This document shows, piece after piece, positions 9,484-18,002 of a DNA stretch of 36,070 nt. Within the stretch, counting starts at the first letter, position 1. Each line of letters starts with the position of its first letter. This DNA comes from a candidate division WWE3 bacterium (GTDB lineage: Bacteria > Patescibacteriota > WWE3 > UBA101185 > UBA10185). A program made the translations under genes and the position numbers. The stretch is taken from positions 1 through 36,070 of the forward strand of contig JAGQNX010000008.1 in the NCBI GenBank assembly GCA_020427865.1, read 5' to 3'. The notes under the pieces were generated by a model. It was not told the origin of the DNA and ran no database searches. It saw nothing but the letters and a program-made list of their open reading frames with translations.

Positions 9484-9768
9484 ATGTTAAATACCATAAA
9501 AAAGGATTTAATAACAGCTTTAAAGAATAAAGATACACTCCGTGTATCTGTTATTCGTTTCTTACTTTCTAAAGTGCAAAATATGGAAATAGAGCTAAAA
9601 ATTTCAGGTGAGAAGTTTACCGACGATCATATGCTTCGTATACTAAAAAAGCAAATTAAGATGCGTAAAGAAGCTATAGATGCTTTAACAAAGGCTGGAC
9701 GCACGGAAGATATTATTAAAGAAGAAGCCGAAATAGCAATTCTGCAAGAATATTATAAGGAAGAATAA
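9484..9768 (+). CDS. GatB/YqeY domain protein (short, 94 aa)
   Basis: IKKDLITALKNKDTLRVSVIRFLLSKV.. matches the YqeY N-terminal pattern, and the rpsU-yqeY-ybeY neighbourhood is typical. Confidence 0.6.
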   Translation: MLNTIKKDLITALKNKDTLRVSVIRFLLSKVQNMEIELKISGEKFTDDHMLRILKKQIKMRKEAIDALTKAGRTEDIIKEEAEIAILQEYYKEE

Positions 9769-10127
9769 TGGCTTCTCAACTATCCAAAAAACCATATCTT
9801 AATGACAAAACTAACATTCTAATAAATGTTACATTGTGTACTGATACTGAGATTACAAAGCAAAATAAAAAATATTTCTCTAGGGATTACCCAACTGATG
9901 TATTATCTTTTACTTTTGAAGATAACAGAGAGGATAACAGCTTGTACTTAGGTGATGTACTAGTTAATAAGGATCAAGCAGGTCGTCAGGCTGAGGAATA
10001 TGGAAACAGTGTAGAAGAAGAAATATCTGAATTAGTGGCACATGGTATATTACATTTATTAGGGGTGCATCATCCAGATGATGATGACCATAGTGTTCAT
10101 GGAATTGCAAAAGAACCAACTAAATAA
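9768..10127 (+). CDS. ybeY: rRNA maturation endoribonuclease YbeY (short, 119 aa)
   Basis: Zinc-binding motif HGILHLLGVHH (H..H.....H). ATGA start/stop overlap with the preceding gene. Confidence 0.85.
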   Translation: MASQLSKKPYLNDKTNILINVTLCTDTEITKQNKKYFSRDYPTDVLSFTFEDNREDNSLYLGDVLVNKDQAGRQAEEYGNSVEEEISELVAHGILHLLGVHHPDDDDHSVHGIAKEPTK

Positions 10128-10635
10128 CATCCAGCTTATAGTAGGGTTAGGTAACCCGGGTGTAAAGTATCATTATAATCGCCATAATTTGGGCTTTTTA
10201 TTGCTTGATAAATATATATCTATACAGAACTTAAAATGGAGTTTTAGTACTAAGCTTAACGGTGATTATGTTAAGGCTAACTCACATATATATTTGAAAC
10301 CTCACACCTATATGAATAATTCTGGTAGTAGTGTTTCAAAGGCGCTTTCTTACTTCTGTTTAAATCCATACGAATTATTTGTAGTACATGATGATGTGGA
10401 TTTACCCTTTGGTGAAGTCCGTGTTCGTTTTGGAAGTGGTGCTGCGGGGCATAATGGTGTAAAGGATATTTTTACTCATTTAGGCACTCAAGACTTTTGG
10501 AGATTGCGTTTTGGAGTAGGTCGTTCAAATCATCTAAATGTACCCACCGACAAGCATGTGCTCACGGATTTTACACAAAATGAGTTAGACTACATAAGTG
10601 ATATTGATTTTGAATCTTATATCAACAAAACATAA
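10099..10635 (+). CDS. pth: Peptidyl-tRNA hydrolase
   Basis: LIVGLGNPGVKYHYNRHNLGF and GHNGVKDI motifs. The ATG at 10099 is chosen because it sits closest to the conserved N-terminus; the TTG at 10105 and the ATGs at 10078-10084 are alternatives. The gene overlaps the end of ybeY. Confidence 0.85.
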   Translation: MELQKNQLNNIQLIVGLGNPGVKYHYNRHNLGFLLLDKYISIQNLKWSFSTKLNGDYVKANSHIYLKPHTYMNNSGSSVSKALSYFCLNPYELFVVHDDVDLPFGEVRVRFGSGAAGHNGVKDIFTHLGTQDFWRLRFGVGRSNHLNVPTDKHVLTDFTQNELDYISDIDFESYINKT

Positions 10636-10713
10636 ATACTCAAACGCTAGTTGGTTGATAAGCTATTGCGAAACCTCGTAAACTAACTACAGTTTTAGTA
10701 GATATCTGCTCGT

Positions 10714-12480
10714 ATGTTTTATACAAAATATAGACCACAAAATTTTAGCGAAATAGCTAAGCCAAATGATACGGCTACTGCTTTAATGTCTCAGGTAAGC
10801 AAAGGTAAAACGGGGCATGCTTACTTATTTGTAGGACCACGTGGTACTGGTAAGACGACTACAGCTCGAGTATTAGCTAAGGCTTTAAATTGTGCAAACC
10901 TCTCTAGTATAGGGAACCCTTGTACTAAATGTTCTGCCTGTTTGTCCATACAACAAGGTAAATATTTAGATTTAATAGAAATTGATGCCGCAAGTAATCG
11001 TGGAATAGATGATATTCGCGACCTAAGAGATAAAGTTAAGCTTGCACCCTCACATGGGGAGAAAAAAATATATATTATAGATGAGGTTCATATGCTTACT
11101 ACGGAAGCCTTTAATGCTTTGTTAAAAACGTTAGAAGAACCTCCTTCTCATGTTACTTTTATTTTGTGCACTACGGAATCACATAAAGTTCCCGAAACTA
11201 TTAAGTCGCGTTGCCAGGTATTTATATTTAAGCGTGCAACATCCGAACAGTTAGTTAGAAAATTATCGGATATTGCTACTAAAGAAGGTGCTACAAATCT
11301 CACATCCAAGGATTTTCAGAAAATTGCACAAATGTCCCGTGGTGGGTTTCGCGATGCTGAAACACTGTTACAACAAGTAATAGAGGGTGAGTTGGATGTT
11401 GTAAGTTTTGTTGGAGTAGGTGATATTTCTTCCTACAGTAGTGTGTTAAATGCTCTACACCATGGTAAACCTGCTGAAGCTATTAATACCTTAAATGCTA
11501 TTTATGATTCAGGTACGGATATTTACATCTGGCTTACTGATTTTATACGCTTTGTTAGAGACATTTTATTTGTAAAATCCAGTGTATCTTCTGTAGACCT
11601 AACATATACCTCCGAAGAGTTAGACATTGTTAGGGAACTAGCGTCAGAATTCTCATTTCCTCAGTTGTTGCAATATCTGGAAGCACTGTTAAAAACCGAG
11701 CCACTTGTAAAAACTTCTTTTATTTCTACACTACCTATAGAAATTTGTTTTTACAGCTTATCTACGTCTACAAGTACTCCTACTCCAGTTTCTAAAGTTA
11801 ACCCTAAAACTCCAACAGTGCCTCCTAAAGGTTCGGAAAAAAATTTTATAACGCCCTCTATTGATGAATCTTCTGATATAGAGACACCTGAAGAGGTTAC
11901 TGAAGATGGTTTCGACCTAGAGCTTAACTTGCATGCCCAACTAGACAGCTTACGTACACTTCCTGATTTGCCAAATGGCGCTGCGGATTTGGAAGACTAT
12001 GATACTTATGTGCCTGAAGAAGGTATAATTTCTCTAAAGGATGTAAAAAATAGCTGGCCTAAAGTACAAAAACTAGCTGCTCAAAAAAATGCACCGCTTT
12101 ATGCTTTATTAAAGTCCGCTAAACCTTTAGAAATCTCCGGCTCGAAGCTCTTTATCGAAGTATTTTATTCGTTTCATAAAGAGCGCTTAGAATCCACAAA
12201 AAATAAGTTAATAGTATTAGAATCTATGCAAGAAATATATGGTGTACGCCTTGATTTTGAATGCCGTTTAAGCAAACAAAAGCCTGCAGTTAGTTCTAAG
12301 TTTGAATCTGGTACTCTTACTGACTATAATGTTGTAGTGCCTGGAAGTAATCAAATATCTTCCGCTGACCAAGGTGTTGGTGTAAGTGTAGCTACTTCGC
12401 CACGAGCTGACGTTGAAAATGCAGGAGATAGTGTTTCTATGTTAGATATGTTAGACGGTGAATTACCCGACCTTGGATAA
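10714..12480 (+). CDS. dnaX: DNA polymerase III subunit gamma/tau
   Basis: Walker A GPRGTGKTT, Cys cluster CTKCSAC, Walker B IIDEVHMLT and sensor TIKSRCQ. A low-complexity S/T/P linker is followed by a tau-like C-terminal region. Confidence 0.9.
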   Translation: MFYTKYRPQNFSEIAKPNDTATALMSQVSKGKTGHAYLFVGPRGTGKTTTARVLAKALNCANLSSIGNPCTKCSACLSIQQGKYLDLIEIDAASNRGIDDIRDLRDKVKLAPSHGEKKIYIIDEVHMLTTEAFNALLKTLEEPPSHVTFILCTTESHKVPETIKSRCQVFIFKRATSEQLVRKLSDIATKEGATNLTSKDFQKIAQMSRGGFRDAETLLQQVIEGELDVVSFVGVGDISSYSSVLNALHHGKPAEAINTLNAIYDSGTDIYIWLTDFIRFVRDILFVKSSVSSVDLTYTSEELDIVRELASEFSFPQLLQYLEALLKTEPLVKTSFISTLPIEICFYSLSTSTSTPTPVSKVNPKTPTVPPKGSEKNFITPSIDESSDIETPEEVTEDGFDLELNLHAQLDSLRTLPDLPNGAADLEDYDTYVPEEGIISLKDVKNSWPKVQKLAAQKNAPLYALLKSAKPLEISGSKLFIEVFYSFHKERLESTKNKLIVLESMQEIYGVRLDFECRLSKQKPAVSSKFESGTLTDYNVVVPGSNQISSADQGVGVSVATSPRADVENAGDSVSMLDMLDGELPDLG

Positions 12481-12498
12481 TTTAATTGTAATAAATCC

Positions 12499-13110
12499 AT
12501 GAAGTTACCTAAGCCCATAATTAACTTGATCGAATCTTTTGAACGTTTACCCGGAATTGGTCCTAAAACAGCACAACGTTTAACTTTTCATTTATTACAT
12601 TTTCCCGAAGATGAACTTGCACGTTTTGCTAAAGCCTTAGTTGGTTTAAAGCGGGGCACTAGTTTATGTAGTATTTGTAAAAACGTAACAGATTCTGAAA
12701 TTTGTGATACGTGTGATGATTATAGTAGGGATAAAAATATTATAGCTGTAGTTGCAGGGCCTCTAGATGCTTATGCTCTTGAAAAGGCTGGTTATAAGGG
12801 AGTTTATCATGTTCTTCATGGGTTAATAAATCCTCTTAACAATGTAGGGCCTGAGGACATTTTTATATCAAAACTTTTAAAGAGGGTAGAAGAGTCTAGC
12901 TCGCCGTTGGAACTAATCCTTGCTACAGATACAGGTATGGAGGGCGAAGCCACTGCAATGTATATATCTAAACAGATTTTAGCTCTAAACTATCCAGAAA
13001 ATAAAATTAACATTACAAGAATTGCTAGAGGCTTGCCTGCGGGAGGTTCTATTGAATATGCTGACGACATAACTCTTGCCAGAGCCTTAGAAGGTAGACG
13101 TAGTTTGTAA
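12499..13110 (+). CDS. recR: Recombination protein RecR
   Basis: HhH motif LPGIGPKTAQRL, C4 zinc finger CSICKN..CDTC, and a Toprim region (ATDTGMEGEATAMYI). Confidence 0.9.
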   Translation: MKLPKPIINLIESFERLPGIGPKTAQRLTFHLLHFPEDELARFAKALVGLKRGTSLCSICKNVTDSEICDTCDDYSRDKNIIAVVAGPLDAYALEKAGYKGVYHVLHGLINPLNNVGPEDIFISKLLKRVEESSSPLELILATDTGMEGEATAMYISKQILALNYPENKINITRIARGLPAGGSIEYADDITLARALEGRRSL

Positions 13111-13143
13111 TAGGATTATTTGTCTTCACATATGCATTTAGCG

Positions 13144-13152
13144 TGATACAAT
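13144..13152 (+). promoter_or_regulatory. Extended -10 promoter TGATACAAT exactly 6 nt upstream of the cysS ATG (leaderless candidate)
   Basis: TG at 13144-13145, TACAAT at 13147-13152, spacer gtcttc, ATG at 13159. No SD sequence. Confidence 0.5.
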
Positions 13153-13158
13153 GTCTTC

Positions 13159-14541
13159 ATGCCAATGCGGTTATATAACTCACTTACAAAAAAAGTAGAA
13201 GATTTTACACCTCAAAATCCAAATGAAGTTCTAATGTATCAGTGCGGACCTACAGTGTACGATTATATAACTATAGGCAATTTTAGAACATTTGCTTTAG
13301 GGGATTTTTTATATAGAGCTCTAGTTCAAAATGGCTATAAAGTTAAATATATAATGAATTTAACTGATGTAGGACATTTAGTTAGTGATAATGATGAAGG
13401 TGCCGACAAGTTAGAGGCTGCAGCCGAGCGTGATGGTACTAGTGCTAGAGAAGTAGCCGATTTTTATATTAAAGATTTTTATTCGGGTTATGACAAACTA
13501 AAACTAACTCGCCCAAATAAATTTACTCGAGCTACAGAATATATTCAGGAGCAGATAGATTTAGTTGAAACTTTAGAGCGTAAAGGATATACGTATTTAA
13601 CCACGGATGGCGTTTATTTTGATACATCTAAGTACAAAAATTATGGTTTGCTTTCGGGTTATACTTTAGAAAATATTAAAGAAGGTGCTCGTGTTGAAGT
13701 TAATCCCGAAAAAAAGAATCCTACTGATTTCGCTTTGTGGAAATTTTCTACGCCTGGTGTCAATCGATGGCAAGAATGGAATTCACCTTGGGGAAGAGGT
13801 TTTCCTGGTTGGCATGCTGAGTGTTCCGCTATGGCTATGAAAGAATTGGGTGCTACCTTAGATATACATTTGGGTGGTGAAGATTTAAAAATGGTACATC
13901 ATCAAAATGAACTGGCTCAGAGCGAATGTGCTACAGGTAGCGAATATGTTAAGTATTGGGTACATGGGTCCTTTTTATTGATTGACGATGGTCGTATGGG
14001 TAAGTCTTTAGGCAATGCATATACTGTAAAAGATATAGAAGATAAGGGGTTTGATCCTCTTTCCCTTAGATACCTCTATATGACAGCCCATTATCGAAGC
14101 AAGCTTAATTTTACTTGGGAATCCCTACAGTCTGCTCAAAATGCTTTAAAAAAGTTATACGATATTGTAAGTAGCTATCAAGAAAGTCCCGAGGCACACG
14201 TTAACCAAGAATATTACGCACGTTTTCGGGATGCATTAAACGATGATTTAAATATGCCTAAAGCAGTGTCGCAGGTTTGGGAGTTGGTAAAAAACAATAC
14301 TATTTCTGAATCTGTTAAGATTGCAACCTTACTGCGTTTTGACGAAGTCTTAGGGTTTAATCTAGAAAACCATGTGGGATATGAAGTACCCGACGAAATA
14401 AAGCACTTAGCCAAAATGCGATCTGAGTATCGTAAATCCGGAATATTTGATAAAGCAGATCAATTACGCCGACAAATAGAGAAATCCGGCTACATAATGG
14501 AAGATATAAAAGAGGGTGGTTATAAAATAAAGCGAAAGTAA
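13159..14541 (+). CDS. cysS: Cysteine--tRNA ligase with divergent class I signature motifs
   Basis: CGPTVYDY.., WHAECSAM, and GGEDLKMVHHQNE (zinc and cysteine site). The HIGH position reads TIGN and the KMSKS position reads RMGKS. Confidence 0.9.
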   Translation: MPMRLYNSLTKKVEDFTPQNPNEVLMYQCGPTVYDYITIGNFRTFALGDFLYRALVQNGYKVKYIMNLTDVGHLVSDNDEGADKLEAAAERDGTSAREVADFYIKDFYSGYDKLKLTRPNKFTRATEYIQEQIDLVETLERKGYTYLTTDGVYFDTSKYKNYGLLSGYTLENIKEGARVEVNPEKKNPTDFALWKFSTPGVNRWQEWNSPWGRGFPGWHAECSAMAMKELGATLDIHLGGEDLKMVHHQNELAQSECATGSEYVKYWVHGSFLLIDDGRMGKSLGNAYTVKDIEDKGFDPLSLRYLYMTAHYRSKLNFTWESLQSAQNALKKLYDIVSSYQESPEAHVNQEYYARFRDALNDDLNMPKAVSQVWELVKNNTISESVKIATLLRFDEVLGFNLENHVGYEVPDEIKHLAKMRSEYRKSGIFDKADQLRRQIEKSGYIMEDIKEGGYKIKRK

Positions 14542-14544
14542 TAC

Positions 14545-15669
14545 ATGAATATAGGTATAGTAGGACTCCCAAATATTGGTAAATCAACCCTTTTTAATGC
14601 ATTACTAAAAAAACAAACGGCACTTGCTGCTAATTATCCTTTTGCAACTATTGAACCTAATGTGGGCATTGTGGATGTTCCTGACAATCGTTTAAATGTC
14701 TTAGCACATTTAGTACACGAGGAGTACAGTGCTAAATATTCTCATAAAGATATACCCGAGCGTATTGTACCCGCTTCAATAAAATTTAACGATATTGCAG
14801 GTTTAGTTAAAGGTGCCCATAAAGGGGAAGGTCTAGGTAATCAGTTTTTAGCTCATATCAGAGAAGTGGACGCAATTGTTCATGTAGTACGAGCATTTGA
14901 AGATACCAACATTATCCGTGAAGGTTCCATAGATCCTATTTCTGATATTGAAGTAATCAATACAGAGTTAGTACTTGCTGATTTTCAAGCAATGGAAAAG
15001 CGTTTAGATAACTTTTCGAAAGAAATAAAGCGTAACAAAACCACCGAAAATCTCAAAAGACATGAATTATATGAAAAAGTAACACAGACTCTTAATAGAG
15101 GTAATTTGTTGTCTTCCTTACTTCTAAACGAAGAAGATTCTCTATACTTAAAAGAATTAAACTTGCTTACTGCAAAACCTGTTATTTATGTTTTTAATGT
15201 TTCGGAGGACATTTTATTATCGGGACTTTCTACACTAGAGGAAAAGTATTCAGAATTCATACAAAACAATAGTGTGCTATTTCTTTGTGCAAAGATAGAA
15301 TCTGAACTAAGAGCACTTTCCCCAGATGAACGCCTTGAATATTTATCGGATTTAGGTATTTCAAATTCTGGGCTTGATCAACTTATTAAGCTAGGTTTTA
15401 AAACAGTAGGTTTACAAACATTCTTAACGGCAGGTCCTAAAGAAGTACGTGCTTGGACTATTAGAACAGGTGATAAAGCACCTAGTGCTGCAGGGAAAAT
15501 CCATACAGATTTTGAAAAAAGTTTCATAAGAGCCGAGGTAGTCCCTTTTGTTGACCTTTCTAATGCGGGATCTTGGAAAATCGCTCGTGAAAAAGGTCTA
15601 TTAAGGCTAGAAGGTAAAGATTATGTTATGCAAGATGGTGATGTAGTTGAGTTTAGAGTAGGCTCATGA
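14545..15669 (+). CDS. ychF: Ribosome-binding ATPase YchF (Obg-like)
   Basis: G1 motif GLPNIGKSTLFNAL, NYPFATIEPN, and a conserved C-terminal domain (..DFEKSFIRAEV..GKDYVMQDGDVVEF). The gene ends in TGA. Confidence 0.9.
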   Translation: MNIGIVGLPNIGKSTLFNALLKKQTALAANYPFATIEPNVGIVDVPDNRLNVLAHLVHEEYSAKYSHKDIPERIVPASIKFNDIAGLVKGAHKGEGLGNQFLAHIREVDAIVHVVRAFEDTNIIREGSIDPISDIEVINTELVLADFQAMEKRLDNFSKEIKRNKTTENLKRHELYEKVTQTLNRGNLLSSLLLNEEDSLYLKELNLLTAKPVIYVFNVSEDILLSGLSTLEEKYSEFIQNNSVLFLCAKIESELRALSPDERLEYLSDLGISNSGLDQLIKLGFKTVGLQTFLTAGPKEVRAWTIRTGDKAPSAAGKIHTDFEKSFIRAEVVPFVDLSNAGSWKIAREKGLLRLEGKDYVMQDGDVVEFRVGS

Positions 15670-15686
15670 GGCTAGAAAACTGCGTA

Positions 15687-15714
15687 TAGACAATATAAAT
15701 TATATTTGTATAAT
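15687..15714 (+). promoter_or_regulatory. Sigma70-like promoter upstream of rpsF-ssb-rpsR
   Basis: TAGACA (15687-15692), 16-nt spacer, TATAAT (15709-15714). This predicts only a very short, SD-less leader before the ATG at 15731. Confidence 0.4.
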
Positions 15715-15730
15715 TTGGTAGATTATCGTT

Positions 15731-16012
15731 ATGAACAAATACGAAATAATGACAATAACAAAAAACTCTGTAGGTGAAGCTGGTGCTGCGAAAGCAATAG
15801 CCCAAGTCACTGAGTTAATAAATGCAAACAAGGGTAGTGTAGAGGGTTCTAAGTCTTGGGGTAAGCGTAAACTAGTTTACGAAATAAATCATGAAGACCA
15901 TGGTTATTATGATGTTGTAGATTTTACACTTTCACCTTCTAAATTGGCTGTAGTCAAGGCAAAGTTAAATCTTATGCCTAACATAGTAAGATATTTAATT
16001 ACCGCCAAGTAG
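15731..16012 (+). CDS. rpsF: 30S ribosomal protein S6
   Basis: YEIMTI.. N-terminus and ..WGKRKLVYEI.. motif. It is the first gene of the rpsF-ssb-rpsR triad. Confidence 0.85.
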   Translation: MNKYEIMTITKNSVGEAGAAKAIAQVTELINANKGSVEGSKSWGKRKLVYEINHEDHGYYDVVDFTLSPSKLAVVKAKLNLMPNIVRYLITAK

Positions 16013-16032
16013 GTGGAGGATAGGAGATAGAG

Positions 16033-16473
16033 ATGTCTGCAAGAAGTTTAAACAAAGTAATGTTGATAGGTAATTTAACTCGTGATCCTGAGTTACGTTA
16101 TACGCCTCAAAATACTGCTGTATGTAGTTTTGGTATTGCCACCAATCGTGAGTGGACTAAAGAAGGTGAAAAAGTAGAAGTTGCTGACTTTCATAATGTA
16201 GTAGCTTGGAACAAATTGGCTGAGATATGTAGTCAATTACTATCTAAAGGCACTAAGATTTATATTGAAGGTCGTTTGCAAACACGTGATTGGTTAACCG
16301 AACAAGGTGAAAAGCGTTACAAAACAGAAGTTGTGATAGATGAAATGATTATACTAAGTAGTAAAGGCGGTTCTGATGATGTATCGTTTACCAATGATGA
16401 TAGCGCTTTACCTTCCGTTGATGTTAGTGACATAGATTTAGATGAAATTTTAGGTAATAGCTCTTCAGAATAA
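16033..16473 (+). CDS. ssb: Single-stranded DNA-binding protein
   Basis: OB fold [20 protein letters not shown]..., an acidic C-terminal tail, and a strong SD (GGAGGATAGGAG) upstream. Confidence 0.9.
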   Translation: MSARSLNKVMLIGNLTRDPELRYTPQNTAVCSFGIATNREWTKEGEKVEVADFHNVVAWNKLAEICSQLLSKGTKIYIEGRLQTRDWLTEQGEKRYKTEVVIDEMIILSSKGGSDDVSFTNDDSALPSVDVSDIDLDEILGNSSSE

Positions 16474-16475
16474 TT

Positions 16476-16709
16476 ATGAAAAGAAAAACATTAAAAAAAA
16501 CATTGCCAAACTGCTATTTCGAGGAAAATAATACACAACCTGATTACAAAGAAACTTTGATTCTCAGACGTTTTATTTCGGATCGTGGTAAAATCATACC
16601 TGCTAGTAGAACTGGTGTTACAAGTAAAAATCAGCGTCTATTAGCTCAAGCTATTAAGCGTGCCCGATACATGGCTTTATTACCTTATACTGATAAACAC
16701 CAGTTGTAA
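16476..16709 (+). CDS. rpsR: 30S ribosomal protein S18
   Basis: ..[49 protein letters not shown]. Confidence 0.9.
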   Translation: MKRKTLKKTLPNCYFEENNTQPDYKETLILRRFISDRGKIIPASRTGVTSKNQRLLAQAIKRARYMALLPYTDKHQL

Positions 16710-16754
16710 GGTAGTTTTTGCTTGTAGGTTCGTTTAATACTTAGGAAGATTAAT

Positions 16755-18002
16755 TTGTTTATGTCATCTTTTGAAAAATTTCAAAGAACTTTAGTCGTAC
16801 TTTTAATAGCACTTGGAACTTTTTCCGCTGGATATTACTTTGGAAAACGTGGATTTGATGTTGAAGTTGTCAAAAACCCTCCTGCTGTAAATTTTGTTAA
16901 TCGTTACCCTCCCGATCAAAATATAGATTTTGGATTATTTTGGGAAGTTTATAAAATCGTTTCAAGTTCCTATCTAGAACGCCCTGTAAATGCTCAGAAA
17001 CTAGTATATGGAGCTATAAAGGGTATGGTTGCATCTCTGGATGATCCCTACACTTCGTTTTTACCCCCACAGGACAACGAAAGTATAAATAATGCTCTAA
17101 ATGGTAAATACGAAGGTATAGGTGCTGAGTTAGGGTTAGTAGATGGTCAACTTATTATTGTCGCTCCATTAGATGGCTCACCTGCAAAGGCTTCTGGCAT
17201 ACGTTCCGGAGATAAAATTTATGCAATAGATGGTACTAGTACTGTTGGAGTAACGCTTGTAGAGGCGGTTTCTAAGATTCGTGGTCCCGCGAATACTACT
17301 GTAGTGCTTAAAATAGGTCGTGATGATGTCGAGCAACCTATTGATATGTCTATTACACGTGGTGAGATAACTATAGACAGTGTGTCTTGGGAAGACAAAG
17401 GTGACGGCGTTGCATATATAAGAATCAGCAGATTTGGTGGAGAAACCAATAACGAATGGGATAAAGTAGTTTCCGAAATTAATGTAAAAATGCAGAATTT
17501 AAATGGGATTGTTGTAGATGTACGTGGAAACCCTGGGGGCTACTTACTTTCTGCAGTTCATATTTCTGGTGAATTTTTTAGAGATAAACCTGTGTTATTC
17601 GAAGAAGATGCTTTAAAGAATCAAATACCTAGAACTACAACACGTGTTGGAGCTTTTGAAGGGGTTCCAGTTTATGTATTAATAGATGGTGGTAGTGCCT
17701 CGGCATCTGAGATTCTTTCCGCAGCATTAAAGCATAATATTAACGCCGTGCTGGTAGGACAAAAGAGTTTTGGTAAGGGAACTATTCAAGATGCTAAAGA
17801 TTTTGAAGACGGTTCTGGTATACATATTACAATTGCTAAGTGGCTAACTCCTGCAAAAGAATGGGTTCATAAAGTAGGTATAGATCCCGATGTTGTTGTG
17901 GAAATTACTAAAGAAGACATAGAAAATAAAAATGACACTCAATTAAACAAAGCCTTAGATTTTGCCCAAGGTAGGGAAGTATTTACAAAGAAAAATGACT
18001 AA
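16755..18002 (+). CDS. S41 family C-terminal processing peptidase with PDZ domain, membrane anchored
   Basis: N-terminal TM segment, PDZ region (SPAKASGIRSGDKIYAIDG), VDVRGNPGG, catalytic Ser context GGSASASEIL and Lys context SFGKGTIQ. The start is either the TTG at 16755 or the ATG at 16761, with AGGAAG upstream. Confidence 0.85.
   Translation: MFMSSFEKFQRTLVVLLIALGTFSAGYYFGKRGFDVEVVKNPPAVNFVNRYPPDQNIDFGLFWEVYKIVSSSYLERPVNAQKLVYGAIKGMVASLDDPYTSFLPPQDNESINNALNGKYEGIGAELGLVDGQLIIVAPLDGSPAKASGIRSGDKIYAIDGTSTVGVTLVEAVSKIRGPANTTVVLKIGRDDVEQPIDMSITRGEITIDSVSWEDKGDGVAYIRISRFGGETNNEWDKVVSEINVKMQNLNGIVVDVRGNPGGYLLSAVHISGEFFRDKPVLFEEDALKNQIPRTTTRVGAFEGVPVYVLIDGGSASASEILSAALKHNINAVLVGQKSFGKGTIQDAKDFEDGSGIHITIAKWLTPAKEWVHKVGIDPDVVVEITKEDIENKNDTQLNKALDFAQGREVFTKKND

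Noticed and set aside
10078-10098. Triple-ATG start of pth at 10078-10086
   Set aside because: It would add MMMTIVF and increase the overlap with ybeY. The conserved Pth N-terminus (LIVGLGNPG) argues for the later ATG at 10099 or the TTG at 10105. It is kept only as an alternative.
10636-10713. SRP (4.5S) RNA upstream of dnaX, as in the Bacillus scr-dnaX arrangement
   Set aside because: The gap is only 78 nt. It lacks the conserved domain IV motifs and any extended hairpin.
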